DNA of 52,995 nucleotides from Chloroflexota bacterium (GCA_031395155.1 JANNUK010000227.1:1-52995), one strand, 5' to 3'; counted from the first letter of the stretch, positions 36,465-46,670 are shown. The notes: generated by a model from the letters alone, not told the origin. Numbers and translations: made by a program.

Positions 36465-37421
36465 TCAGGCCTCCGCGTCGCCGAGGATCTCGGCGAGGAG
36501 GCCCTTCTGGACGTGGAGTCGGTTCTCCGACTGGTCCAGGACGATGCTGCTGGGGCCGTCGAGCACATCCGCGGTGATCTCCTCGCCGCGATGGGCGGGC
36601 AGGCAGTGCATCACGACGACATCCCGGCCGGCGATCGCGAGGAGATCGGCATTCACCTGATAGCGCGCGAAGGCGTCACGACGCTCCTCGGCCTCGGCTT
36701 CCTGACCCATCGATGTCCACGCGTCGGTGTAGATCACGGCGGCCCCGCGGACGACCTCGGTCGGGTCGGAAGCGAGGATCAGTTGTCCCCCGCCGGCCGC
36801 AGAGAGGTCCCGCGCGCGATCGACGATTCGCGCGTTCGGAGCGTACCCGGGCGGGCTCGCGAGGCGCACCTCCATGCCCAGGGCGACGCCGAGGAGGGCG
36901 AGCGAATGGAACACGTTGTTGCCGTCGCCGACGAACGCGAGGACGACGCCTCGGAGCGCACCGAACCGTTCGCGAAGCGTGAACACGTCGGCCAGCGCCT
37001 GACAGGGATGCTCGCGCAGCGTCAAGCCGTTGATCACCGGAACCGCAGCCTGCGCTGCAAGCTCGATGACCACCTCATGCGGTCCGGTGCGGGCCACGAT
37101 CGCGTCGACGAACCGATCGAGGTTCCGGGCCACGTCACGGACGCTCTCACGGGCGCCGAGCACGACGTCGTTGGTCAGGTAGATCGCATGACCTCCCAGC
37201 TGGGCCATGCCCGCTTCGAAGGTTACGCGCGTGCGCAGGCTGGGCTTCTGGAACAGCATGGCGAGGGTCCTGCCGGCCAGCGGCGGGCCGGCGTGCCGGC
37301 GTGTTCGGCGAAACTCGTCCTTCAGCGCGGTCGTCCGGTCGAAGACGTGTTCGACCTCGGCGACGGACAGGTCGGCGATGCTCAGCAGGTCGCGGCCGCG
37401 GAGCGGAGCGGCAGTCGCCAT
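36465..37421 (-). CDS. argF: Ornithine carbamoyltransferase
   Basis: FQKPSLRTRVTFE, HPCQALAD, FVGDGNNV, HCLPAHRGEE. Confidence 0.92.
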   Translation of the reverse strand: MATAAPLRGRDLLSIADLSVAEVEHVFDRTTALKDEFRRTRRHAGPPLAGRTLAMLFQKPSLRTRVTFEAGMAQLGGHAIYLTNDVVLGARESVRDVARNLDRFVDAIVARTGPHEVVIELAAQAAVPVINGLTLREHPCQALADVFTLRERFGALRGVVLAFVGDGNNVFHSLALLGVALGMEVRLASPPGYAPNARIVDRARDLSAAGGGQLILASDPTEVVRGAAVIYTDAWTSMGQEAEAEERRDAFARYQVNADLLAIAGRDVVVMHCLPAHRGEEITADVLDGPSSIVLDQSENRLHVQKGLLAEILGDAEA

Positions 37422-37446
37422 GGCGATCGAACCCGCCCCGCGCGGA

Positions 37447-37845
37447 TCAGCGCTTGGTGTACTGCGGCGCCTTCCGGGCGCGCTTGAGGCCGTACTTCTT
37501 GCGCTCCTTCATTCGCGGATCGCGGGTCAGGAATCCGGCCTGGCGCAGCGGGATCCGGTTCGCGTCCGGATCCACTTCGAGGAGGGCCCGAGCGATCCCG
37601 TGACGAATAGCCCCCGCCTGGCCGGTCACCCCGCCGCCCTCGACCTTGATCATCGCGTTGAACCGGCCCTCGGTCCCGGTGACACGGAACGGCATGCGCA
37701 GGTCGACCTCGTTGATCGCATTCCCGAAATGCTCGTCGAGGGACCGGCCGTTCACGACGATTTCGCCGTCTCCCGGCAACAGGCGGACACGGGCGACGGC
37801 CGTCTTGCGACGTCCGGTACCCGAAAAGAAGGACAACGTGGTCAT
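37447..37845 (-). CDS. rpsI: 30S ribosomal protein S9
   Basis: [32 protein letters not shown]-terminal KAPQYTKR. Confidence 0.96.
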   Translation of the reverse strand: MTTLSFFSGTGRRKTAVARVRLLPGDGEIVVNGRSLDEHFGNAINEVDLRMPFRVTGTEGRFNAMIKVEGGGVTGQAGAIRHGIARALLEVDPDANRIPLRQAGFLTRDPRMKERKKYGLKRARKAPQYTKR

Positions 37846-37861
37846 GGGCGACTTCTCCTCG

Positions 37862-38293
37862 TCAGGCGAGCGGCTCAGGCCGCTGGGCCTGATGGGGGTG
37901 ATCCGTTCCGGCGTAGATCTTGAGCTTGCGAAGTTGCTGGGTCCCGAGGCGGGTGTGCGGCAGCATGCCCTTGACGGCCCGCCGGATGACTTCCTCCGGG
38001 CGACGAGCGAGGAGGTGGCCGAGGGTCTCCTGCTTGAGGCCCTGCGGATGCCCGCTGTGGCGAATGTAGAGCTTGGACTCGAGCTTGTCGCTGGTCACTG
38101 CGATCTTGCCCGCATTCAGCACAATCACGTGGTCGCCCGAGTCGAGATTCGGACTGTACGTCGGCTTGTGCTTGCCCTCGAGGATACGCGCGATGCGCGA
38201 GGCAAGCCGCCCGAGCGTCTGGTCGGCCGCATCCACGACGTACCAGCGTCGTTCGATCTCGCTTTCACGGACCGCGTGGGTCTTCGCGTTCAT
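37862..38293 (-). CDS. rplM: 50S ribosomal protein L13
   Basis: Start refined to ATG 38293 ([22 protein letters not shown]), overlapping the truA stop. 143 aa. Confidence 0.95.
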   Translation of the reverse strand: MNAKTHAVRESEIERRWYVVDAADQTLGRLASRIARILEGKHKPTYSPNLDSGDHVIVLNAGKIAVTSDKLESKLYIRHSGHPQGLKQETLGHLLARRPEEVIRRAVKGMLPHTRLGTQQLRKLKIYAGTDHPHQAQRPEPLA

Positions 38294-39102
38294 CGTTCCT
38301 CGTAATCTCCGTTCGCTTCGCTCGTTCGCCGCCCGAAGGCGACCCGTCGCAGGCACAGGCCCAGCGCCGGGGCGGCTGCCCCGTCGAGGGCCGGTCGTCG
38401 ATCGGCCAGGGCCGCGGCGACCGCCGTCTCATCCATCTTGCCTCGACCCACCTCCAGGAGGGCGGCCACCATTCGGCGCACCATCCCCCGCAGGAATGCG
38501 TTGGCCCGGACGTCAATCGTCACGAGCCGGCCCGTTCGCCGGACCCGGACCGAGTGAACGATCCGAACCGGTTGACGGTCCGCTCCCCCAAAGGCGCTGA
38601 AGTCGTGCCGGCCTTCGAAGACCGACCCGGCCCGCGCCATCGCGGCGGTGTCAAGTGGGGCCCACACCTGGAGCGCCGTTCGCTCCCGGCCTGGACTGCG
38701 CGGCCCGTTCCAGACGGTGTAGCGGTACTCCCGATACCGCGCCGCATGCCGGGGGTTGAACCTCAGTGGAGCCGTCCGAAGGTCGTGGATTGCGACGTCC
38801 CTCGGCAGGATCCCGTTGAGTGCCACCATCAGTTCCGGCGCCGCGAGCCGCCCGGCATAGGTGAAACCGATCACCTGTCCCGTGGCGTGCACCCCGGCGT
38901 CCGTCCGTCCGGCGCCGTCGACCGCCCGGCGGACCCCATCGCTGAGGCGGGCCAACGCGTCCTCCAGCACCCCCTGGACCGTTCGCGTCTCAGGCTGCGC
39001 CTGGAACCCGAAGAAGTCCGTGCCGTCGTATTCCACCCGTGCGCGGAAGCGACCGGGCGCGCCCTCTCGGGCGCTGTCGTCGACGCCCTGCCGGGCGTCC
39101 AT
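38290..39102 (-). CDS. truA: tRNA pseudouridine38-40 synthase
   Basis: [16 protein letters not shown] and the catalytic-Asp loop [13 protein letters not shown]. Start refined to ATG 39102; upstream track residues are an alternate frame of rplQ. Confidence 0.9.
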   Translation of the reverse strand: MDARQGVDDSAREGAPGRFRARVEYDGTDFFGFQAQPETRTVQGVLEDALARLSDGVRRAVDGAGRTDAGVHATGQVIGFTYAGRLAAPELMVALNGILPRDVAIHDLRTAPLRFNPRHAARYREYRYTVWNGPRSPGRERTALQVWAPLDTAAMARAGSVFEGRHDFSAFGGADRQPVRIVHSVRVRRTGRLVTIDVRANAFLRGMVRRMVAALLEVGRGKMDETAVAAALADRRPALDGAAAPALGLCLRRVAFGRRTSEANGDYEER

Positions 39103-39109
39103 CTCAACC

Positions 39110-39463
39110 TCAGACGAGCTCGAGCTGGACGATCTCGGCGGCATCGCCCAGCCGCCGCCCGATGCGAACGATCCGGGTGTAGCCCGAGGTCCGATCGGCG
39201 TACTTCGGGGCGATCTCATTGAACAGTTTGTCGATGACGAGCGGCTCGTCCGGAAAGACGGCAACTACCGCCCGGCGTGCCGACAGGTCGCCGCGCTTTG
39301 CGAGGGTGATCATCTTCTCGACCTGTCCGCGGACCTCCTTGGCCTTGGCCTCGGTGGTCTTGATCCGCTCGTGGCGAAGGACCGCCACGGTCAGGCTGCG
39401 GTACAGCGCCATGCGCGGTCCGTGCTTCCGGCTGAGCTTGCGGCCGTCGATCCGGTGGGCCAT
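39110..39463 (-). CDS. rplQ: 50S ribosomal protein L17
   Basis: MAHRIDGRKLSRKHGPRMALYRSL..TTEAKAKEVR..YTRIVRIGRRLGDAA. Confidence 0.96.
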   Translation of the reverse strand: MAHRIDGRKLSRKHGPRMALYRSLTVAVLRHERIKTTEAKAKEVRGQVEKMITLAKRGDLSARRAVVAVFPDEPLVIDKLFNEIAPKYADRTSGYTRIVRIGRRLGDAAEIVQLELV

Positions 39464-39465
39464 GA

Positions 39466-40470
39466 TCAGGCCTCCGCCTCGTCGTCGAATGACCCATCGC
39501 CGTCCGCACCGTCCTCGTCGACACCGTCCGACGGAGCCAGCGACTCGGGCAGGATGAAGCCCCGCATCATGAGGCGTTCCTTCATCTCGTCCAGGGACTT
39601 CTTGCCGAAGTTGCGCATTCGCAGGAGATCGTCATCCTTGAGCTGGAGGAGTTGACCGACCTTCACGATGTTGTTCCGCTTCAGCGAGTTGTACGCCCGC
39701 ATCGGCAGGTCGAGCTCTTCGATCGGCATGTCGAGCATGTTCGGCGGCAGCTGCGGTACGCCCGCGGCCGCGCGGTCGATGGGGGCTGCCGCGGCGCCGA
39801 TCGTGACGAACGGGCGGAACTGGTTGACGAGGACCTCGGCCGACCGGCTGAGCGCCTCCTCTGGCGAGACGGTGCCGTCAGTCTCCATCTCGATCGTCAG
39901 CTTGTCGTAGTTGGTCACCTGGCCGACGCGCATGCTCTCGACCCAGTAGTTCACCTTGCGCACCGGTGTGAAGATCGCGTCGACCGCGATGACGCCGATC
40001 GGCAGCGCCTCGGCGCGTTCCGCGGCGAGGTAGCCCACGCCACGCTCGACCGTGAGGTCCATCTCGATCGTCACGTCGTCGGTGTCGAGGGTCATGAGGA
40101 CGAGATCCGAATTGGTGATTTCGACATCGGCAGACTCGGCGATGTCCGCGGCCGTGACGGCGCCGGCGCCACTCTTGATCAGGCGTAGCTGGACCGGATG
40201 AGCGACGAAACTCCTGAGGCGGAGTTTCTTGACGTTGAGGACGATCTGGGTGACGTCCTCCTTGACCCCGGGAATTGTCGAGAACTCCTGGTAGACGTCG
40301 CGGATCTGGATGGACGTCACGGCGGCGCCCTCCAGCGAAGAGAGGAGGACCCGGCGGAGGGCGTTGCCGAGGGTCACGCCATAGCCGGCCTGAAGCGGGC
40401 CGGCTTCGTACTTCGCGTACGCGCCGACTTCCTCAATGGGCTCGATCTGCGGGCTGTCGAGTTCGATCAT
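39466..40470 (-). CDS. rpoA: DNA-directed RNA polymerase subunit alpha
   Basis: GYGVTLGNALRRVLLSS, a C-terminal domain with ELDLPMRAYNSLKRNNIVKVGQLL, and a short acidic tail. Confidence 0.96.
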   Translation of the reverse strand: MIELDSPQIEPIEEVGAYAKYEAGPLQAGYGVTLGNALRRVLLSSLEGAAVTSIQIRDVYQEFSTIPGVKEDVTQIVLNVKKLRLRSFVAHPVQLRLIKSGAGAVTAADIAESADVEITNSDLVLMTLDTDDVTIEMDLTVERGVGYLAAERAEALPIGVIAVDAIFTPVRKVNYWVESMRVGQVTNYDKLTIEMETDGTVSPEEALSRSAEVLVNQFRPFVTIGAAAAPIDRAAAGVPQLPPNMLDMPIEELDLPMRAYNSLKRNNIVKVGQLLQLKDDDLLRMRNFGKKSLDEMKERLMMRGFILPESLAPSDGVDEDGADGDGSFDDEAEA

Positions 40471-40479
40471 GGAAGCGGG

Positions 40480-41106
40480 TTACCTCGAGTAGTACTCGAC
40501 CACGAGCTGCTCGTTCAGGTCGAGGGGCATCTGGTCGCGGCGCGGCGGCTCATTGACGGTGCCGGCCAGTTTGGCGGCGTCGACACTCAGCCACTCGGGA
40601 GCCTGATGGGAGCGAAGCGTTTCCTTCGCCGTCTTGAACGGATCGCGGACACGGCGGGACTCACGGACCTCGATCCGATCTCCCGGCTTGAGCTGGAACG
40701 ACGGAATGTTGGTGGGCCGGCCGTTGACCTGGAAGTGGCCGTGGCCGACAAGTTGCCGGGCCTGGGCCCGAGAGGTCGCGAATCCCATTCGGAAGACGAC
40801 ATTGTCGAAACGGAATTCCAGGAGGCGAAGAAGGTTCTCGCCGGTCACGCCGGGCTTCGACTCGGCGACCACGAAGTAGTTCCGGAACTGGCGCTCCAGG
40901 ACGGAATACACCCGACGAACCTTCTGCTTCTCACGAAGCTGGACGCCGTACTCGCTCACCTTGCGGCGCCGCACGCCATGCTGACCGGGCGGACTGGGGC
41001 GCCGCTCAAAGGCGCACTTCTTGGAATAGCAGCGGCTGCCCTTGAGGAAGAGCTTGGCTCCCTCGCGGCGGCACAGCCGGCAGACAGACTCGGTGTATCG
41101 GGCCAT
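40480..41106 (-). CDS. rpsD: 30S ribosomal protein S4 (four-Cys N-terminal form)
   Basis: [32 protein letters not shown] (C-x2-C-x13-C-x4-C) plus an S4 RNA-binding domain. Confidence 0.96.
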   Translation of the reverse strand: MARYTESVCRLCRREGAKLFLKGSRCYSKKCAFERRPSPPGQHGVRRRKVSEYGVQLREKQKVRRVYSVLERQFRNYFVVAESKPGVTGENLLRLLEFRFDNVVFRMGFATSRAQARQLVGHGHFQVNGRPTNIPSFQLKPGDRIEVRESRRVRDPFKTAKETLRSHQAPEWLSVDAAKLAGTVNEPPRRDQMPLDLNEQLVVEYYSR

Positions 41107-41121
41107 CAGTTCCTGACTCGG

Positions 41122-41517
41122 CTAGACCCGGCGCCGCTTGGGAGCGCGGCAACCGTTGTGTGGGATGGGGGTGACGTCGGTGATCGCCGAGACCTCGAGG
41201 CCGGCCGCCTGAAGCGAGCGGACGGCCTGCTCGCGCCCGGCGCCGGGACCCTTGACATAGACCTCGACCTGGCGCATCCCGTGTTCCATCGCGCGGCGCG
41301 CAGCGCCCTCGGCCGAGAGGGCCGCGGCGTACGGGGTGCTCTTGCGGGATCCCTTGAAACCGGCGACGCCCGCCGAGCCCCAGCTGATAACGGCGCCGCT
41401 GAGATCCGTGATCGTGACGATCGTATTGTTGAACGACGCCTGAATGTGAACGTGGCCCTGCGGCACGTTCTTCTTCTCCCGGCGGCGCTGCTTGACAGCC
41501 TTCTTGCGTTCGGCCAT
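41122..41517 (-). CDS. rpsK: 30S ribosomal protein S11
   Basis: [51 protein letters not shown]. Confidence 0.96.
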   Translation of the reverse strand: MAERKKAVKQRRREKKNVPQGHVHIQASFNNTIVTITDLSGAVISWGSAGVAGFKGSRKSTPYAAALSAEGAARRAMEHGMRQVEVYVKGPGAGREQAVRSLQAAGLEVSAITDVTPIPHNGCRAPKRRRV

Positions 41518-41535
41518 GCCTGTCGCTGTCCCTCG

Positions 41536-41907
41536 TTACTTCTTGCGCCGCACGCCGACCGTCTTCTTCGGTCCGCGTCGAAGGCGAGCGTTGGTCTTGG
41601 TCCGCTGGCCGCGCACCGGCAGGTTGCGCCGATGGCGCGACCCGCGATACGAGCCGATCTCGATCAGGCGCTTGACATTGAGCGCCACCTCACGCCGGAG
41701 GTCACCCTCCACCTTGTAGCGACGGTCGACGACCTCGCGGAGCCGGTTGACCTGCTCCTCGGTGAGGTCGCGGACGCGGGTGTCCGCGTTGATGTTCGTC
41801 TGGGCCAGGATCTTCTGACTGGTGGGCAGCCCGAGTCCGAAGATGTACGTGAGGGCAATCTCAACGCGCTTCTCGCGCGGGATGTCGACGCCGGCGATAC
41901 GTGCCAT
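41536..41907 (-). CDS. rpsM: 30S ribosomal protein S13
   Basis: [46 protein letters not shown]. Confidence 0.96.
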   Translation of the reverse strand: MARIAGVDIPREKRVEIALTYIFGLGLPTSQKILAQTNINADTRVRDLTEEQVNRLREVVDRRYKVEGDLRREVALNVKRLIEIGSYRGSRHRRNLPVRGQRTKTNARLRRGPKKTVGVRRKK

Positions 41908-41910
41908 CGA

Positions 41911-42024
41911 TTACCCCTGCCGCTGCTTGTGCTTGGGGTTGGCGCAGATGACCATGACCGTTCCCCGGCGACGGATCACCTTGCAGTTGTCGCAGCGCGT
42001 CTTGACGGAGGCTCTGACTTTCAA
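41911..42024 (-). CDS. rpmJ: 50S ribosomal protein L36 (Zn-binding C-x2-C-x12-C-x4-H form), TTG start
   Basis: Absent from the ORF track (37 aa). The reverse complement reads TTG AAA GTC.. = (M)[36 protein letters not shown]-stop. GAGGA lies 4-5 nt upstream of the TTG, and there is no in-frame ATG or GTG. Confidence 0.9.
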   Translation of the reverse strand: MKVRASVKTRCDNCKVIRRRGTVMVICANPKHKQRQG

Positions 42025-42083
42025 CGGGTCCTCGATCGTGTTCGTTGTGCCGATGTCGGCGGTGGCGGCGAAGTGCGGCCCGG

Positions 42084-42302
42084 CTACTTGAGCCGGTACG
42101 TGATCCGGCCGCGGGTCAGGTCATATGGGGAAAGCTCCACCCTGACCCGATCACCCGGCAGGATCCGGATGAAGTTCATCCGAAGCTTTCCGCTGATGTG
42201 GGCCAGAACCCGGTGGCCGGTCTCCAGCTCGACGGCGAACATCGTGTTCGGGAGCGGCTCCACGACCGTTCCTTCAACCTCGATCGCATCTCGCTTGGCC
42301 AC
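42084..42302 (-). CDS. infA: Translation initiation factor IF-1
   Basis: [55 protein letters not shown] start. Confidence 0.96.
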   Translation of the reverse strand: MAKRDAIEVEGTVVEPLPNTMFAVELETGHRVLAHISGKLRMNFIRILPGDRVRVELSPYDLTRGRITYRLK

Positions 42303-42365
42303 GGGCGTTCGTGCTTCCCTTTCTCACGGTGAGTGCCGGCCCAGAGGACCGACACACGAACGTAT

Positions 42366-42395
42366 AGCCTATCAGAAGATGACTGTCTCCGGCAA
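42366..42395 (-). promoter_or_regulatory. Candidate internal promoter TTGCCG - 18 nt - TAGGCT upstream of infA
   Basis: cggcaa at 42390-42395 and agccta at 42366-42371 on the plus strand, inside the relatively AT-rich 101-nt map-infA spacer. Confidence 0.3.
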
Positions 42396-42403
42396 CCGCA
42401 GGT

Positions 42404-43180
42404 TCAGACCGCCGTCAGGATCTCCGGACCGTTCTCGGTCACGGCGATCGTGTGTTCGAAGTGGGCGGCCATCGAGCCGTCCGCCGTCACGACGGTCCAG
42501 CCATCGGCCTTGACTTCGACTTCCTCGTTGCCGAGCGTCAGCATCGGCTCGATGGCCAGACAGATCCCCGGCTGCAGCAGGATGCCGCGCGCGCCGGTCC
42601 GATAGTTCGTGACCTGCGGCTCCTCGTGCATCTGGGTGCCGATTCCGTGGCCGACGAATTGTCGGACGATCCCGTACCCGCCGGGGGCCGCCACGTCCTC
42701 GATCGCGCCTGAGATATCGCCGACCCGGTTGCCGGGAATTGCCGCCGCGATCCCGGCCATCAGCGCGGCTCGCGTGGCCTCGACGAGGTCCGCCGTCGCG
42801 CTGGGAACCGACCCGACGATGAACGTCCGGGCGCCGTCTCCGTGCCAGCCGTCGACAATGGCCCCGACGTCGATCGACACGATCTGCCCGTCCCGAATCG
42901 CCCGATCGCCGGGGATCCCGTGGACCACCTCGTCGTCGATCGAGGCACAGATCGTTCCGCGAAACGCATGCCGATCCTTGCCGTAGCGCCCGTTGCCCAG
43001 GTAGCCCAGGAACGACGGGGTCGCGCCGGCCGCCCGGATATGTCGCTCGGCGAGCCGATCAAGTTCGCGGGTCGTGACGCCGGGCTTGAGTTCGGCCTCG
43101 ACGAGCGCGAGAACTTCCGCGACGAGCCTTCCGGCCCGGCGCATCGACTCGATCTCGAGACGTGACTTGCGGGACACCAT
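42404..43180 (-). CDS. map: Methionine aminopeptidase, type I
   Basis: VVHGIPGDRAIRDGQIVSIDVGAIVDGWHGDGARTF, GHGIGTQMHEEP, LAIEPML, AHFEHT. Confidence 0.94.
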   Translation of the reverse strand: MVSRKSRLEIESMRRAGRLVAEVLALVEAELKPGVTTRELDRLAERHIRAAGATPSFLGYLGNGRYGKDRHAFRGTICASIDDEVVHGIPGDRAIRDGQIVSIDVGAIVDGWHGDGARTFIVGSVPSATADLVEATRAALMAGIAAAIPGNRVGDISGAIEDVAAPGGYGIVRQFVGHGIGTQMHEEPQVTNYRTGARGILLQPGICLAIEPMLTLGNEEVEVKADGWTVVTADGSMAAHFEHTIAVTENGPEILTAV

Positions 43181-43191
43181 CGTGGATCGCC

Positions 43192-43854
43192 TTAGCCGAC
43201 CAGCCGGGCACCGGCCAGCGCCGCAACCAGGGCCTTGGTCACGTCGGGGATCGGCTGGAGGCCATCGATGGCCACCAGGACGTCCGCGCCACGGTAGTAG
43301 TCGACCACGTCGGCCAGCGCCGCGAGTTGCTGTACGAGTCGTGCCTGGACTGTCTCGATCTTGTCATCGGCGCGCTGTACCAGGTCGGAGCCGTCGAGGT
43401 CGCACGTGCCGGCGACCTGGGGCGGGTTGGCGGCAAGGTTGTAGACGTGGCCCGACATCGAGCATATCCAGCGTCCGGCCAGGCGCCGAACCAGCTCCCG
43501 CTCGGGCACTTCGACGAGCAGAGCCCGGTCGACCTGCGAGCCGGCCGCGGCGAGCGCCGCATCGAGGGCCTCCGCCTGGACGCGCGTTCGAGGAAAGCCG
43601 TCGAGGATCGCGCCGTCGCGCGTGTCGGGTTCGGCAAGGCGGTCGAGCAACATCTTCACGGTGATCTCGTCGGACACGAGTTGGCCGCGCTCCATGTAGC
43701 GCCGTGCCTCGAAGCCAAGGGCGCTGCCGTCGCGAACCGCCCTCCGGAACAGGTCCCCCGTCGCGATGTGGGGGATCCCGAGGCGGTCGCGGAGGAGGAC
43801 GGCCTGTGTGCCCTTCCCGGCGCCGGGGGCGCCGAGGAGGACCACCGTCGTCAC
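43192..43854 (-). CDS. adk: Adenylate kinase
   Basis: P-loop LLGAPGAGKGTQA, LDGFPRT, and a lid segment RWICSMSGHVYN..GTCDLDGSDLVQRADD (only two of the four Zn-knuckle Cys retained). Confidence 0.94.
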   Translation of the reverse strand: MTTVVLLGAPGAGKGTQAVLLRDRLGIPHIATGDLFRRAVRDGSALGFEARRYMERGQLVSDEITVKMLLDRLAEPDTRDGAILDGFPRTRVQAEALDAALAAAGSQVDRALLVEVPERELVRRLAGRWICSMSGHVYNLAANPPQVAGTCDLDGSDLVQRADDKIETVQARLVQQLAALADVVDYYRGADVLVAIDGLQPIPDVTKALVAALAGARLVG

Positions 43855-45131
43855 CGGATAAATCCCTCGTAGTTCCGCATCATCAGCTGGGCCTCGATCT
43901 GCTTCATCGTCTCCACGACGACGCTGACGATGATGAGCAGACCCGTGCCGCCCAGGGCGATGCCCTGCAAGGACGGGTCGAGCAGACCGATAATGACCGG
44001 GGCGACGGCCACCGTGCCGAGGAACAGGGCGCCGGCGACCGTGATCCGGAAGTCGACACGCGCCAGGTAGTCCTGCGTGGGCCGCCCGGGTCGGATGCCG
44101 GGAATGAAGCCGCCGTTCTTGCGGAGTTGTTCAGCGGTCTCGTCCGGCTTGAAGGTGAACGCGGTGTAGAAGTAGGTGAATCCGACGGTCAGGAGGAAGT
44201 ACAGGATCGCGTACTGGATCGTGGTCGAGGCGAGCGCTCCGCCGATCGCGTCGGCGACGTTCGCGACCACATCGATCGGCGACGCGCGGAAGTAGAGCGC
44301 CAGCTGGGCCGGGAACTGCAGGATGCTGACGGCGAAGATGATCGGGATCACCCCCGCCAGGTTGACGCGAAGCGGCAGGAACGTCTGGCCGCCGCGGTAC
44401 ATCTTCTGCCCGCGCACGCGACTGGCGTACTGGATCGGGATGCGCCGCTGTCCCTCCTGGATGTAGATGATCACGAACACCGCGACGACGGCGAGTACGC
44501 CGAACAACAGGATGTCACGGAGGTTGGGGTTGGCAAGGAACGCCCCGATCGCGGACGGCGCCTGGCTGACGATGCCCGCGAAGATGATGAAGCTGATCCC
44601 GTTACCGATCCCCTTCTCGGTGATCAGTTCGCCCAACCACATGAGGACGATCGCGCCGGCGATCAAGGTGATCATCTGGGTCCACGAGGTCAGGCTGTCG
44701 AGGCTGAAGCCCCCGACGATGATGCCCTGGGCGCTGAACGCGCTGAGGATGCCGAAGGCCTGGAGCAGCGCCATCGGTACCGTCAGATAGCGCGTGTACT
44801 GGGTGATCTTGTTCCGCCCATACTCGCCCTCGCGACTGAGCGCCTGAAGACGAGGCACGACGCCCGACATCAGCTGCATGATGATCGAGGCGTTGATGTA
44901 CGGGTTCATCGTCAGCGCGACCACGGACAGCGACGAGAGGCCGCCACCGGCGAACAGGTCGAGCAGGCCGAAGGCCGAGTTATTGTCAAAGTAGGCACGC
45001 AGCTGCTCGCGGTCCACGCCAGGCAGCGGTACCTGGGCCAGCAGCCGATAGACCACGAGGATCCCGAGGACGAACAGGATTCGGCGCCGGATGTCCGGCG
45101 CACGGAAGGCGTTCAGCAGGGACTCGAACAC
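43851..45131 (-). CDS. secY: Preprotein translocase subunit SecY
   Basis: Ten hydrophobic helices, LGIMPYI-like LTMNPYINASIIMQL, GTGLLIIVSVVVETMKQIEAQL. Confidence 0.95.
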   Translation of the reverse strand: MFESLLNAFRAPDIRRRILFVLGILVVYRLLAQVPLPGVDREQLRAYFDNNSAFGLLDLFAGGGLSSLSVVALTMNPYINASIIMQLMSGVVPRLQALSREGEYGRNKITQYTRYLTVPMALLQAFGILSAFSAQGIIVGGFSLDSLTSWTQMITLIAGAIVLMWLGELITEKGIGNGISFIIFAGIVSQAPSAIGAFLANPNLRDILLFGVLAVVAVFVIIYIQEGQRRIPIQYASRVRGQKMYRGGQTFLPLRVNLAGVIPIIFAVSILQFPAQLALYFRASPIDVVANVADAIGGALASTTIQYAILYFLLTVGFTYFYTAFTFKPDETAEQLRKNGGFIPGIRPGRPTQDYLARVDFRITVAGALFLGTVAVAPVIIGLLDPSLQGIALGGTGLLIIVSVVVETMKQIEAQLMMRNYEGFIR

Positions 45132-45137
45132 GGCCGG

Positions 45138-45923
45138 TTACGCCTCCGTCGCGTCGGTGTCGTCAACGGCGTCGGCCGCGGGCGCCTGGGCATCGACCTC
45201 CGCCACGGCCTCGGCTTCGGGAGCGTCGGCCTCGGGAGCGTCGGCCGCGACGGGCGCGTCCGGCTCAACGACGGCCACCTTGGTCGCCTTGGCGGACTTG
45301 GCCGGACTGGCGGGCTTTGCCGGCTTGGAGGGCTTGGCCGGAACGTCCGTGACCGCCACGTCGATCGGCGCCGGCCCGACGGTCACTCCGATGGCCGCCA
45401 GCGGCGACGTCGGGAACTCGAGCACCGACACGGACCCGCCGGCTGCCTCGATCTTGGCCACGGCGGTTCGACTGAAGGCATCGGCCACCACGAACAACGG
45501 GGCGCCGATCTCGCCAGTACCGAGGACCTTCAGCGGCTTGTTGAGGGTTCGGACCAGCCCGACCGCGCGCAGGAGTTCCTGATTGATCGTGATCGGGGCC
45601 GGCGCGGACGTGGACTTCTTCTTCGCGCCGGGGGCATCGCCTGCCTCGAAGGCGCCGAGTTCAACGAGATGTCCGATCGCTCCCAGATTCACGATCTCGT
45701 AGTCGACCTTGAACTTGTTCTTGAAGCCACGCAACTTGGGGATCCGGACGTGCAACGGCGTCTGTCCGCCTTCGAAGCGTGCGGGAATCGACCCACCTGC
45801 ACGGGCCTTCTGGCCCTTCGTGCCGCGCCCGGCCGTCTTGCCCTGGCCGGCCGCGATGCCGCGACCGACCCGGCGACGCTTCTTGCGCGACCCAATGGCC
45901 GGGCGAAGATCGTGCAATTTCAT
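45138..45923 (-). CDS. rplO: 50S ribosomal protein L15 with ~92-aa C-terminal low-complexity extension
   Basis: [41 protein letters not shown].. The canonical body ends near residue 169 (..AAGGSVSVLE), followed by a PAK-rich and then a DAPEA-rich tail. Confidence 0.93.
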   Translation of the reverse strand: MKLHDLRPAIGSRKKRRRVGRGIAAGQGKTAGRGTKGQKARAGGSIPARFEGGQTPLHVRIPKLRGFKNKFKVDYEIVNLGAIGHLVELGAFEAGDAPGAKKKSTSAPAPITINQELLRAVGLVRTLNKPLKVLGTGEIGAPLFVVADAFSRTAVAKIEAAGGSVSVLEFPTSPLAAIGVTVGPAPIDVAVTDVPAKPSKPAKPASPAKSAKATKVAVVEPDAPVAADAPEADAPEAEAVAEVDAQAPAADAVDDTDATEA

Positions 45924-46129
45924 GACTTCTCCTCGGTGTCGGGGCCGACGACCTCCTCGACGGAGACGAGGAAGCGGATCTGGCGAACCATGCCCCGCGT
46001 CGCCGGGTTGTCGGCGACCTCTACCGTGTGGCCGATCTTGCGCAGGCCGAGGGCGCGCGCGGTCGCGCGGTTGCGGGCGATATGGCTGATCGTGCTCTTG
46101 ACCTGCGTGACGCGCAACCTAGCGCCCAT
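45920..46129 (-). CDS. rpmD: 50S ribosomal protein L30
   Basis: Start refined to ATG 46129 ([38 protein letters not shown]), which overlaps the rpsE end by 11 nt. Confidence 0.92.
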   Translation of the reverse strand: MGARLRVTQVKSTISHIARNRATARALGLRKIGHTVEVADNPATRGMVRQIRFLVSVEEVVGPDTEEKS

Positions 46130-46655
46130 CGGTCGTCTCCGACGCCATCGGCTGGCCCGAGATCCGAGCCGAAATTGGCACGCCGCGCTGGGCGCTGATT
46201 TCCTCCGCCGTGCGCAGGCTGCGGAGCGCCTCGATCGTGGCACGGGCGACGTTCACCGGGTTCGTGGAGCCGTGGATCTTGGACAGGATATCGCGGATCC
46301 CGGCAGCTTCGACCACGGCGCGAACGGCGCCGCCGGCGATGACCCCGGTGCCCTGCGACGCCGGCTTGAGCATGACCTTGCTCGCCGCATAGCGAACGTG
46401 GACCTCGTGCGGAATCGTCGTACCGACCATCGGGACTCGGATCAGGTTCTTCTTGGCGTCCTCGACGCCCTTGCGGATCGACTCCGGCACCTCGCCGGCT
46501 TTGCCGAGCCCGGCGCCGACATGACCGGCGCCGTCACCGACGGCGATGATCGCGCTGAAACTGAACCGCCGGCCGCCCTTGACGACCTTGGCGACACGGT
46601 TGATCTGGACGACGCGCTCCTCGAGCGCGAGCTTGTTCGGGTCGATCTTTGCCAC
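46119..46655 (-). CDS. rpsE: 30S ribosomal protein S5
   Basis: [52 protein letters not shown]. Confidence 0.96.
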   Translation of the reverse strand: MAKIDPNKLALEERVVQINRVAKVVKGGRRFSFSAIIAVGDGAGHVGAGLGKAGEVPESIRKGVEDAKKNLIRVPMVGTTIPHEVHVRYAASKVMLKPASQGTGVIAGGAVRAVVEAAGIRDILSKIHGSTNPVNVARATIEALRSLRTAEEISAQRGVPISARISGQPMASETTDGR

Positions 46656-46670
46656 GTCTGCTCCTTCCGA

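Noticed and set aside
45141-45300. Short tandem DNA repeats in the rplO 3' region as a possible CRISPR-like or VNTR element.
   Set aside because: The units are about 15 nt, imperfect and in-frame, and simply encode the DAPEA low-complexity tail. There is no spacer/repeat architecture.
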